Shown in pieces: positions 57,014-64,000 of a stretch of 64,000 nt of DNA. Both the position numbers and the translations under genes were made by a program. The stretch is from Candidatus Schekmanbacteria bacterium. GTDB lineage: Bacteria; Schekmanbacteria; GWA2-38-11; J061. A model generated the notes under the pieces. The model was not told the DNA's origin. It worked only from the letters and a program-made list of their open reading frames with translations, and made no database searches. The stretch is taken from NCBI GenBank assembly GCA_016219965.1, contig JACRJM010000003.1, forward strand, positions 130,299 through 194,298. Reading direction: 5' to 3'. Within the stretch, counting starts at the first letter, position 1, and every line of letters begins with the position of its first letter.

Positions 57014-59227
57014 TTGACTAAGCAGACAGAGACTACACCGAAGAAGAGAAGGACTATCATAGCGATAGTAAGCTTCGTCCTCCTCTTTGTTGTTCTCCTT
57101 ACAATGGAGATTTCAACGCAGAACATAGCGACGTCATCTCCCATCGCCAACTATGTAATCTTTTATTCCTTTTACAACATTAATTTTATCCTTCTTCTTG
57201 TGCTCTTCTATCTTGTCATAAGAAACCTCGTAAAACTGTATTTTGAGCGGCAGCGGCGTGTACCCGGAGCCAAGTTCAGGACAAAGCTGATAGTTTCCTT
57301 TTTCCTTCTTACCATAATCCCATCGGTGCTGCTCTTCCTGTTTGCCCGGGTCCTGATAGCCCAGACAATAGAATACTGGTTCAGTGTCCCCATAGAGCAG
57401 TCATTGAAAGGGGCAATAGATGTTTCAGACCAGTACAACAAAACCCGCCTTGAGAAGTCGCTGCATTTTTCTTCGCTTATAGGAAAAACCGTAGTACGCA
57501 GGAACCTTCTTGCTCCGCGCAACAACACCCATCTGAAGAATTATCTTAATGCAAAACTCAGGGAGTATGACCTTGACTCTATTTTTATCTACAATGATAA
57601 AGGAAATGAGATAATCCATATAGACACCGGAAAGAAAGGGGAACCCAAACCTGACAAGAAACTCATAGCGCAGTCATTGCTAGGGAAGAAATATACCAAG
57701 GTTGAATCTGACGTTGAAGATGATTCGATTTTTGGGACTTTCACAATGAAGGAGGGGGGGAATAAAACAATCGGCGTGGTGGCTGTAGGCTACTACCTGC
57801 CCAAAAGCACATCACAGGATATAAGGTCTGTTGCCCTTGCTTTCAAAGATTACAGGCAGAAAGAGATATTTAAAAAGCCTATCATGGACAACTACATTGC
57901 CATGTTCGCCATCGTGACTGTGCTCGTCATATTTGCAGCAATGTGGTTCGGGTTCCAGCTTGCAAAGGAGATAACAGTACCCATACAGCAGCTTGCCGAA
58001 GGAACGCATGCGGTCGCAGAAGGGAACCTTGATTTCCATATAGATATCAAAGTCAAGGACAGAAGCCAGGATGAGATAGGAATACTTGTCGATTCCTTCA
58101 ATAAGATGACGCATGATTTAAAGATCCACAAGCTTGAGCTTGAAGACAAGAACATGAGCCTTGAGAATACCAACAGGGAACTTGACAGGAGGAGAAGCTA
58201 CATTGAAACCGTTCTTGAAACAGTAAGCACCGGAGTTATATCACTTGACGCATGGGGAAAGATAACAACCATCAATGATGCGGCAGAAGACATGCTCCAG
58301 ATAAGAGGGGAGGATTATGCCGGCAAACATTACCAGCAGGCTTTCGGGAAATCCCAGCTTGAGCCGCTGAAAAAAGTCATAAACGAGCTTGAGGAAAAAA
58401 GGGACCGAAGCATTCAGCAGGAGATTAACCTTAACATCAATGGCGAAGTTTTCACCTTAATGACAAATATCAGGGAACTTTACGACGGGAATGGCACGCT
58501 GATGGGAATGGTCATGGTGCTCGATAACGTTACTGAACTAGTCCGTGCACAAAGAGTGGCTGCATGGAGGGAGGTCGCAAGGATGATCGCCCATGAGATA
58601 AAGAACCCACTCACCCCGATAAAACTTTCTGCCCAGAGGCTCAAAAAACGTTATTTTCAGAAGATCAGCGGAGACGATGCGGTCTTTGAAGAATGTGTTG
58701 ATACTATCATACAGGAGGTGGATGATTTAAAGGGCATGATTAATGAATTTTCAAATTTTGCACGCATGCCGGTTTTCGACCCTGTAGATACCAATATCGA
58801 GAATGTCATAAATGAAACTATTTCTCTTTACAAAACAAGCATGAAAGATGTTAAAATAGACCTTGTTTCGGGCGGGGAGATGCCTTCGCTGAAACTTGAC
58901 CCTGATCAGATAAAACGTGTATTCATCAACCTTGTCGATAATGCGATTGAGGCAATGGGGGGCAAGGGAGAGATAAAAGTAGCGCTTGAATATTTAAAAG
59001 ATTTGCAGACTGTTAAAATAGAGTTTTCCGACAATGGAGCCGGCATTGCTCCAAACATCAAGGAAAAGATGTTTATGCCCTATTTTTCGACCAAGAAAAA
59101 GGGAACGGGGCTGGGGCTGGCCATAGTGAACACCATAATCTCGGAACACCGGGGTTACATAAGGGTAAAAGACAACAATCCGCGGGGGACGACTTTTGTA
59201 ATTGAGCTCCCCGTGAGAGTAGCTTAA
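57014..59227 (+). CDS. ntrY: NtrY-like sensor histidine kinase (TM–HAMP–PAS–HisKA–HATPase)
   Basis: Four N-terminal TM helices, HAMP, PAS, H-box MIAHEIKNPLTPI and HATPase N/G boxes. The ORF-track start is TTG 57014; an ATG alternative lies at about 57104. Confidence 0.7.
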   Translation: MTKQTETTPKKRRTIIAIVSFVLLFVVLLTMEISTQNIATSSPIANYVIFYSFYNINFILLLVLFYLVIRNLVKLYFERQRRVPGAKFRTKLIVSFFLLTIIPSVLLFLFARVLIAQTIEYWFSVPIEQSLKGAIDVSDQYNKTRLEKSLHFSSLIGKTVVRRNLLAPRNNTHLKNYLNAKLREYDLDSIFIYNDKGNEIIHIDTGKKGEPKPDKKLIAQSLLGKKYTKVESDVEDDSIFGTFTMKEGGNKTIGVVAVGYYLPKSTSQDIRSVALAFKDYRQKEIFKKPIMDNYIAMFAIVTVLVIFAAMWFGFQLAKEITVPIQQLAEGTHAVAEGNLDFHIDIKVKDRSQDEIGILVDSFNKMTHDLKIHKLELEDKNMSLENTNRELDRRRSYIETVLETVSTGVISLDAWGKITTINDAAEDMLQIRGEDYAGKHYQQAFGKSQLEPLKKVINELEEKRDRSIQQEINLNINGEVFTLMTNIRELYDGNGTLMGMVMVLDNVTELVRAQRVAAWREVARMIAHEIKNPLTPIKLSAQRLKKRYFQKISGDDAVFEECVDTIIQEVDDLKGMINEFSNFARMPVFDPVDTNIENVINETISLYKTSMKDVKIDLVSGGEMPSLKLDPDQIKRVFINLVDNAIEAMGGKGEIKVALEYLKDLQTVKIEFSDNGAGIAPNIKEKMFMPYFSTKKKGTGLGLAIVNTIISEHRGYIRVKDNNPRGTTFVIELPVRVA

Positions 59228-59241
59228 TAGCGGAGAAAAAA

Positions 59242-61440
59242 GTGAGAAAAGGACACATATTAGTTGTTGATGATGAAAACAACATAGGCACAACCCTTGA
59301 AGGGATTCTTACTGACGAAGGGTATGAAGTGTCGAAGGCTGAAAACGGGCTTCAGGCACTTGACATGATAAAGCGGGTCCCTCCGGATGTGGTATTGCTT
59401 GATATCTGGATGCCGGGAATGGACGGGATAGAAGTCTTAAAAAGCATAAAAGAACATGAGAGCGATACTGAGGTGGTTATAATGTCAGGGCATGGCTCTA
59501 TTGATACCGCCGTAAGGGCCATCAAGCTGGGTGCATTTGATTTCATCGAGAAACCTCTTTCGCTTGACTCCCTGCTTTCTACAATCAACCATGCCCTTGA
59601 AAGACAGAGGACAGCAAAAGAAAGCCAGGAACTTAAAAGAGAACTTCTTCAGCGGTATGAGCTTATAGGTGAGAATCCGAAAATACAGGAGGCACGAAAG
59701 CTTATCAGCGCAGCCGCAATCTCAAATGCAGGGGTATTGATAGAAGGGGAACATGGCACAGGCAAAGAACTTGTGGCAAGGACCATTCATATCAACAGCA
59801 TCAGACGCAACAGGCCTTTTGTAAAAGTAAATTGTGCTGCTCTTCCTGATGATATAATAGGGAATGAAATGTTCGGCTGCGACTCAAACAACGGAGGAGG
59901 AATAAGCAAAAGGGGAAAATTTGAGCTTGCAGAAGACGGCACTCTCTTCCTCGACGGCATAGAAAAGCTGGACATCAATGTTCAGGAGACAATCCTGAAA
60001 GTTCTTCAGACAGGAAAATTCATGCGGATTAACGGGAAGAGGCTTCTCCCTGTCAACTTCAGGATAATAGCTGCAAGCGAAAAGGACATTCAGAAACTGA
60101 TTGAAGAGAACAAATTTTCCAGTGAGCTCTATTCATTCATATCTACCTTTGTCATATATCTGCCCCCCCTGCGCGACAGAAAGGATGACATCCCGTCACT
60201 TGTAAATTACTTTAGCCGCGAGCTTACACAGGATTACGGCAGAGGTGTTAAGGAAATCGACGACAATGCCATGGCAGCCCTTGTGACTTTTGACTGGCCC
60301 GGCAATGTGAAAGAAATCAAGAATATTATCGAGCGTCTGGCAATATCTGTTCCCACAGGGAGGATATCTGCCGACGATATCCCTGTTTCGATCCGCGGAA
60401 TAACGCCAAAGACTTCCCAGTACCAGTACAACGGCTACTCATTGAAAGACGCGAGACAGAAATGGGAAAAGGAATACCTCATTCACTGTCTGACCATGAC
60501 AGGATGGGACCTCAAGAAGACCGCAAAGGAAATGGGAATAACCTGCAAGACCCTTGAGAAGCACATAAAATCCTTCGGTCTTAAAAAACCTAAGAAAGAG
60601 ACAAGCACTGCTGCAAGAATCCAGCGCACACTAAAGACAAGCGTAGTCCTCTGCGGTCAGGGGCTCCATTCCGGACTTAAGACAGGTCTGATACTTGTCC
60701 CCCAGAATCCAAACGCCGGTATCGTATTTGCTAATGTTTCTACCGGAGAAACCATGACAGCAGTTCTTGATAACGTGGAATCAACAGACTATGCCACATC
60801 GTTAAAGTGCGGCAAGTCCCATGTAAAAACAATAGAACATATCATGGCTGTGCTTAATATTTACGGGATAAACAACCTTCTCATAAAGATAACCGACGAG
60901 GTTCCCATAATGGATGGTTCATCCCTTGATTTCTGTGAACTTATTGAGGATGGGGGCATTCTTGAGCAGGATGAGTTTATAGAGGAAATAGTCATAGACA
61001 AGGTCATAGTTCACGGCAAGGAAAGTCCCAAGGAAAAGTATATTAAAATAGAGCCCTGCGATAAGTTTTCCGTGAAGTATATAATGGATTATCCTCCGCC
61101 CATCGGCAAACAGGAAATGGATTATGTTTTCAAGGGGGCCGAGGATTTTAAAAAGAACATTGCCCCTGCCAGAACCTTCGGTTTCCTCAAGGACGTAGAA
61201 TACCTTGAGAAGAAGGGGCTGATCAGCGGAGGAAAGCTTCACAATGTCATCCTCCTTGATAACGAGAAGGTAATAAACACTGAGCTGAGGTTCAAGAATG
61301 AGTTTGCAAGGCACAAGGTGCTCGACATTATCGGCGATTTCTATCTCCTCGGCAGACCGCTAAGGGGCAAAATTACCGCGCACCTTACAGGCCATTCAGA
61401 AAACATAGCTCTTCTTAATAAGATACGTTCTATCTACTGA
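59242..61440 (+). CDS. NtrX-like response regulator (REC–sigma54-type AAA+–HTH) fused in frame to a complete LpxC (UDP-3-O-acyl-GlcNAc deacetylase) domain
   Basis: Residues 1-457 carry REC (ILVVDDE…LLDIWMPGMDG), Walker A GEHGTGKE and a Fis-type HTH. Residues about 470-732 align over their whole length with E. coli LpxC: IQRTLK…GQGLHSG, TIEHIMAV (zinc-ligand EH), RTFGF, ARHKVLDIIGD, TGHSEN. There is no stop codon and no in-frame start codon at the junction. Confidence 0.7.
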   Translation: MRKGHILVVDDENNIGTTLEGILTDEGYEVSKAENGLQALDMIKRVPPDVVLLDIWMPGMDGIEVLKSIKEHESDTEVVIMSGHGSIDTAVRAIKLGAFDFIEKPLSLDSLLSTINHALERQRTAKESQELKRELLQRYELIGENPKIQEARKLISAAAISNAGVLIEGEHGTGKELVARTIHINSIRRNRPFVKVNCAALPDDIIGNEMFGCDSNNGGGISKRGKFELAEDGTLFLDGIEKLDINVQETILKVLQTGKFMRINGKRLLPVNFRIIAASEKDIQKLIEENKFSSELYSFISTFVIYLPPLRDRKDDIPSLVNYFSRELTQDYGRGVKEIDDNAMAALVTFDWPGNVKEIKNIIERLAISVPTGRISADDIPVSIRGITPKTSQYQYNGYSLKDARQKWEKEYLIHCLTMTGWDLKKTAKEMGITCKTLEKHIKSFGLKKPKKETSTAARIQRTLKTSVVLCGQGLHSGLKTGLILVPQNPNAGIVFANVSTGETMTAVLDNVESTDYATSLKCGKSHVKTIEHIMAVLNIYGINNLLIKITDEVPIMDGSSLDFCELIEDGGILEQDEFIEEIVIDKVIVHGKESPKEKYIKIEPCDKFSVKYIMDYPPPIGKQEMDYVFKGAEDFKKNIAPARTFGFLKDVEYLEKKGLISGGKLHNVILLDNEKVINTELRFKNEFARHKVLDIIGDFYLLGRPLRGKITAHLTGHSENIALLNKIRSIY

Positions 61441-61473
61441 TACCTTTTATTTTTACTAAGAGTTGGAGTGTAA

Positions 61474-62511
61474 ATGGATAACAAAAAAATAGATTACAGA
61501 TCGTCAGGAGTGAACATAGATGCCGGCAATGAGTTCGTGCGGCGAATAAAGCCGCTTACGAAATCGACTTTTATAGAAGGCGTTGTTTCAGATATCGGGG
61601 GGTTCGGCGGATTTTTCAGGCTCCCCCAGGGATTGAAGAATCCCCTCCTTGTGGCGACTACGGACGGAGTCGGCACAAAGCTCAAGGTTGCCTTTGATGC
61701 AGGAATACATACCACCATCGGAATAGACCTTGTCGCCATGTGCGCAAATGACCTTATAGCCACAGGTGCTACACCTCTTTTCTTCCTTGATTACTTTGCA
61801 ACAGGGGCGCTCACAATAGAGCAGGGAGTCGATGTAGTAAAAGGGATTACCGAGGGGTGCCGCGAAGCCGAGATGGCTCTCATAGGCGGCGAGACCGCTG
61901 AAATGCCGGGTTTTTATAAAAATGGCGAATATGATATTGCAGGATTTGCGGTAGGTGTCGTTGAAGAAGGTAAAGCCCTCCCATCCAAGGACATAAGGAC
62001 AGATGACTGTCTTATTGGAATCGCATCCAACGGACTTCACAGCAACGGCTATTCCCTTGCAAGGAAGTTGTTTTTTGATGAGCTTTTAATGTCTGTAGAA
62101 GACGATTTCCCCGGAGGTCAGGGGCAGTCGGTGGGCAATGTGCTTTTAAGACCTACCCGCATATACGTCAAGCTTATGAAATCCCTTTTAAAATCTTACC
62201 ATATAAAGGCTGTCGCACATATAACAGGCGGAGGATTCATTGACAACATACCGCGCGTGCTTCCGGATATGGCTACTGCCATAATCGAAGAGGGAAGCTG
62301 GGAGATGCCCGATGTTTTCCGCTTCATAGTCGAGACAGGAAAAATAGAGAGGAATGAACTCTACAGGACATTCAATATGGGAATAGGACTTGTCCTTGTG
62401 GTAAGCCGGGAATCCTGTGATGATGTTCTTTCCCTTGTCAAGGCTTGCGGCGACAAGGGGTGGAAAATCGGAAGAATAGAACGAGGGGAAAAAGAAGTAG
62501 TGATAAGATGA
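61474..62511 (+). CDS. purM: Phosphoribosylformylglycinamidine cyclo-ligase (AIR synthetase)
   Basis: Canonical PurM sequence (DYRSSGVNIDAGNE…ATTDGVGTKL…). Confidence 0.9.
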   Translation: MDNKKIDYRSSGVNIDAGNEFVRRIKPLTKSTFIEGVVSDIGGFGGFFRLPQGLKNPLLVATTDGVGTKLKVAFDAGIHTTIGIDLVAMCANDLIATGATPLFFLDYFATGALTIEQGVDVVKGITEGCREAEMALIGGETAEMPGFYKNGEYDIAGFAVGVVEEGKALPSKDIRTDDCLIGIASNGLHSNGYSLARKLFFDELLMSVEDDFPGGQGQSVGNVLLRPTRIYVKLMKSLLKSYHIKAVAHITGGGFIDNIPRVLPDMATAIIEEGSWEMPDVFRFIVETGKIERNELYRTFNMGIGLVLVVSRESCDDVLSLVKACGDKGWKIGRIERGEKEVVIR

Positions 62512-62515
62512 CATT

Positions 62516-63148
62516 ATGAAAAACATCGGCATACTTGTTTCAGGACGCGGGAGCAACCTCCAGGCATTGATTGACTCAATCTCAAAGAGAGAGATAAATG
62601 GCACCATTGCCATAGTTGTCAGCAATATTGAAGATGCGCAGGCCTTGAACCGTGCAGCCTCCGCCGGTATCAGGACAGCCGTAGTTGACCACAGGAAGTT
62701 TAAATCGCGCGAAGATTTTGAGAAGGAACTTATAAGGGTTCTCGATGATTCAAAAGTCGACCTTGTATGCCTTGCAGGTTTCATGCGTGTCCTTACATCC
62801 TTTTTTATAAGGAACTACAGGAACAGAATCATAAATATCCATCCTGCGCTTCTCCCGTCATTCCCAGGTATCCATGCACAGAAGCAGGCTCTGGATTATG
62901 GGGTGAAGGTCAGCGGATGTACTGTCCATTTTGTTGACGAAGGGACCGACACTGGCCCTATCATACTTCAGAAGACTGTACCTGTTTACGATGCGGACGA
63001 TGAAGAGAGCCTTTCAGAGAGGATACTTGCCGAAGAGCATAAACTCTACGTTGAAGCAGTCAAACTTTTCTGCAGTGACAGAATCATTGTGAACGGCCGG
63101 AAAGTTTTCATAAAACAGGATTATGAAGAGGATAAAACCACGAGATAA
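62516..63148 (+). CDS. purN: Phosphoribosylglycinamide formyltransferase
   Basis: IGILVSGRGSNLQALID and the NIHPALLPSFPG motif of the formyl-transferase fold. Confidence 0.85.
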   Translation: MKNIGILVSGRGSNLQALIDSISKREINGTIAIVVSNIEDAQALNRAASAGIRTAVVDHRKFKSREDFEKELIRVLDDSKVDLVCLAGFMRVLTSFFIRNYRNRIINIHPALLPSFPGIHAQKQALDYGVKVSGCTVHFVDEGTDTGPIILQKTVPVYDADDEESLSERILAEEHKLYVEAVKLFCSDRIIVNGRKVFIKQDYEEDKTTR

Positions 63149-64000
63149 AAGGTACTGCAAAGTTATTGCAGGGCAAATCCGAAGCACTCCCGTTTTCTGG
63201 ATATTACTTTTTATTGCAGCCTTTCCCATAAATTCCTTCTGCGGGGAAACTGCGCCCTCTAAAAACGTCCTTGCTGTTATTGATGGAAAGAATATCAGCG
63301 TATCTGAAGCTGAAAAATACCTGATGCTTCTTCCTGAAGCAGATAGAGTTAAATTCCAGAACAGCAAGATGAAGAATATATTCATCCGTGATTTTATCGA
63401 TACTGAACTTCTCTTCAGGGAAGGGGTTGCTAGGGGAGTTTCAAATGACGAGAGAGTGCGTCTAAGGCTTCAAAGTCTTGAGAGGATACTGGTAAGGGAT
63501 CTTTATATAAACAACTTCATCATGCCAAAGGTGAAAGTGACAGAAGACGATGCTTTTAATTATTATAAATCGCACAAGAATGATTTCGTTGACAGAGGCT
63601 ATGCATTGGCTGAACATATTGCCGTGCTGTCTAAAGAAGAGGCTGAGAGGATTAAAGAGGAAATAAATTCAGGGAAGATTTCATTTGAGGATGCGGTAAA
63701 AAAATATTCCATAGACAAATATACTTCAGGCAATAAAGGGGCACTCCCGCTTATATTAAACGGAAGACCTATTGAGGGATACAGAGATAGCGGCGAGATA
63801 ATAAAACTTGCTTTCTCGGCAAAGGTCGGGACTGTGGCAGGTCCTGTAAAGAGCCTGATGGGGTGGCATATTCTACGCATAAAATCTAGGAAGGATGATA
63901 TGCCTCGTGCTTATGATACAGTAAAAGGGGAAGTGAAAAATATGGTAACCAAAGAAAAACTGGTAAAGGCTCTGGATGAGGAAATAGATAAGCTCAAAAA
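63123..64000 (+). CDS. Periplasmic parvulin-type peptidyl-prolyl isomerase (SurA/PpiD-like), truncated at the 3' window end
   Basis: Hand translation from ATG 63123, in the +1 frame overlapping the purN end. A signal peptide (…VFWILLFIAAFPINSFC) and SurA-N-like region are followed by a PpiC domain (…LAEHIAVLSKEEAE…GWHILRIKS…). The ORF is open to the window end. Confidence 0.55.
   Translation, partial: MKRIKPRDKRYCKVIAGQIRSTPVFWILLFIAAFPINSFCGETAPSKNVLAVIDGKNISVSEAEKYLMLLPEADRVKFQNSKMKNIFIRDFIDTELLFREGVARGVSNDERVRLRLQSLERILVRDLYINNFIMPKVKVTEDDAFNYYKSHKNDFVDRGYALAEHIAVLSKEEAERIKEEINSGKISFEDAVKKYSIDKYTSGNKGALPLILNGRPIEGYRDSGEIIKLAFSAKVGTVAGPVKSLMGWHILRIKSRKDDMPRAYDTVKGEVKNMVTKEKLVKALDEEIDKLK

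Noticed and set aside
60590-60640. An independent translation start for the LpxC domain.
   Set aside because: No ATG, GTG or TTG lies in frame between the HTH and the conserved IQRTLK N-terminus of LpxC. The sequence as given encodes a fusion.
1-64000. Scan for CRISPR arrays, tRNA/rRNA genes, and integrase or transposase genes.
   Set aside because: I saw no regularly spaced direct repeats, no cloverleaf-compatible conserved tRNA motifs in the intergenic regions, and no recombinase-like ORFs.

Overview
This window is a 64-kb chromosomal segment from an AT-rich, probably anaerobic bacterium. Radical-SAM and Fe-S content, a tungsten-type AOR and multi-Hpt CheA chemotaxis point towards a deltaproteobacterium- or Nitrospirae-like organism. 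Genes are densely packed, almost all ORFs are long and coherent, and I found no rRNA, tRNA, CRISPR array or obvious mobile element.

Contents from start to end:
- 1-2.9 kb: the 3' end of an aldehyde:ferredoxin oxidoreductase gene, then a MoaD-like carrier, a ferredoxin/FrhB-like protein and an NmrA-like reductase.
- 2.9-5.5 kb, minus strand: a VanZ-like protein, a TPR protein and an ArnT/PMT-type GT-C glycosyltransferase.
- 5.9-18.0 kb: a twelve-gene chemotaxis operon behind a strong sigma-54 -24/-12 promoter. Gene order is cheY, cheX, a CheC/X-like protein with a pseudo-receiver domain, a two-Hpt cheA, cheW, an MCP, cheR, cheD, cheY, cheX, cheB and an HDOD protein. The MCP carries a periplasmic CxxCH motif and a C-terminal CZB zinc-binding domain.
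- 18.0-25.7 kb, minus strand: two SPASM/twitch radical-SAM enzymes flank a 968-aa fusion of a B12-binding radical-SAM domain with a GT2 glycosyltransferase. The operon sits behind its own sigma-54-like promoter. Upstream are an Rrf2 regulator, a CE4 deacetylase and a second GT2. I consider this the most likely undescribed system in the window.
- 25.9-28.5 kb: a hybrid sensor histidine kinase.
- 28.5-37.0 kb: a periplasmic-type glycosylation cluster with two GT-C enzymes, a GT4, a deacetylase-like protein, a polyprenol-phosphate GT2 and a 625-aa membrane protein.
- 37.1-38.3 kb: an unannotated 54-aa, 8-Cys ORF lies 3 nt upstream of a PflA-like AmmeMemoRadiSam-type radical-SAM enzyme.
- 38.3-40.3 kb: an Fe-S aldo/keto reductase and a Crp/Fnr regulator.
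- 40.37-42.2 kb: a candidate c-di-GMP-I (GEMM) riboswitch upstream of a secreted, acidic Big_2/DUF5666-like protein.
- 42.2-64.0 kb: AlaDH-family, CoA-transferase and DUF3343 genes, then two copies of a palindromic repeat. These are followed by a TldD-like protease, a degenerate GGDEF protein, PBP4, a UbiB kinase and RNase R. The window ends with a DUF2889-like protein, DprA, an NtrY-like kinase, purM, purN and a truncated parvulin-type PPIase. The NtrX-like response regulator carries a complete LpxC domain fused in frame at its C-terminus, and its AAA+ module looks degenerate.
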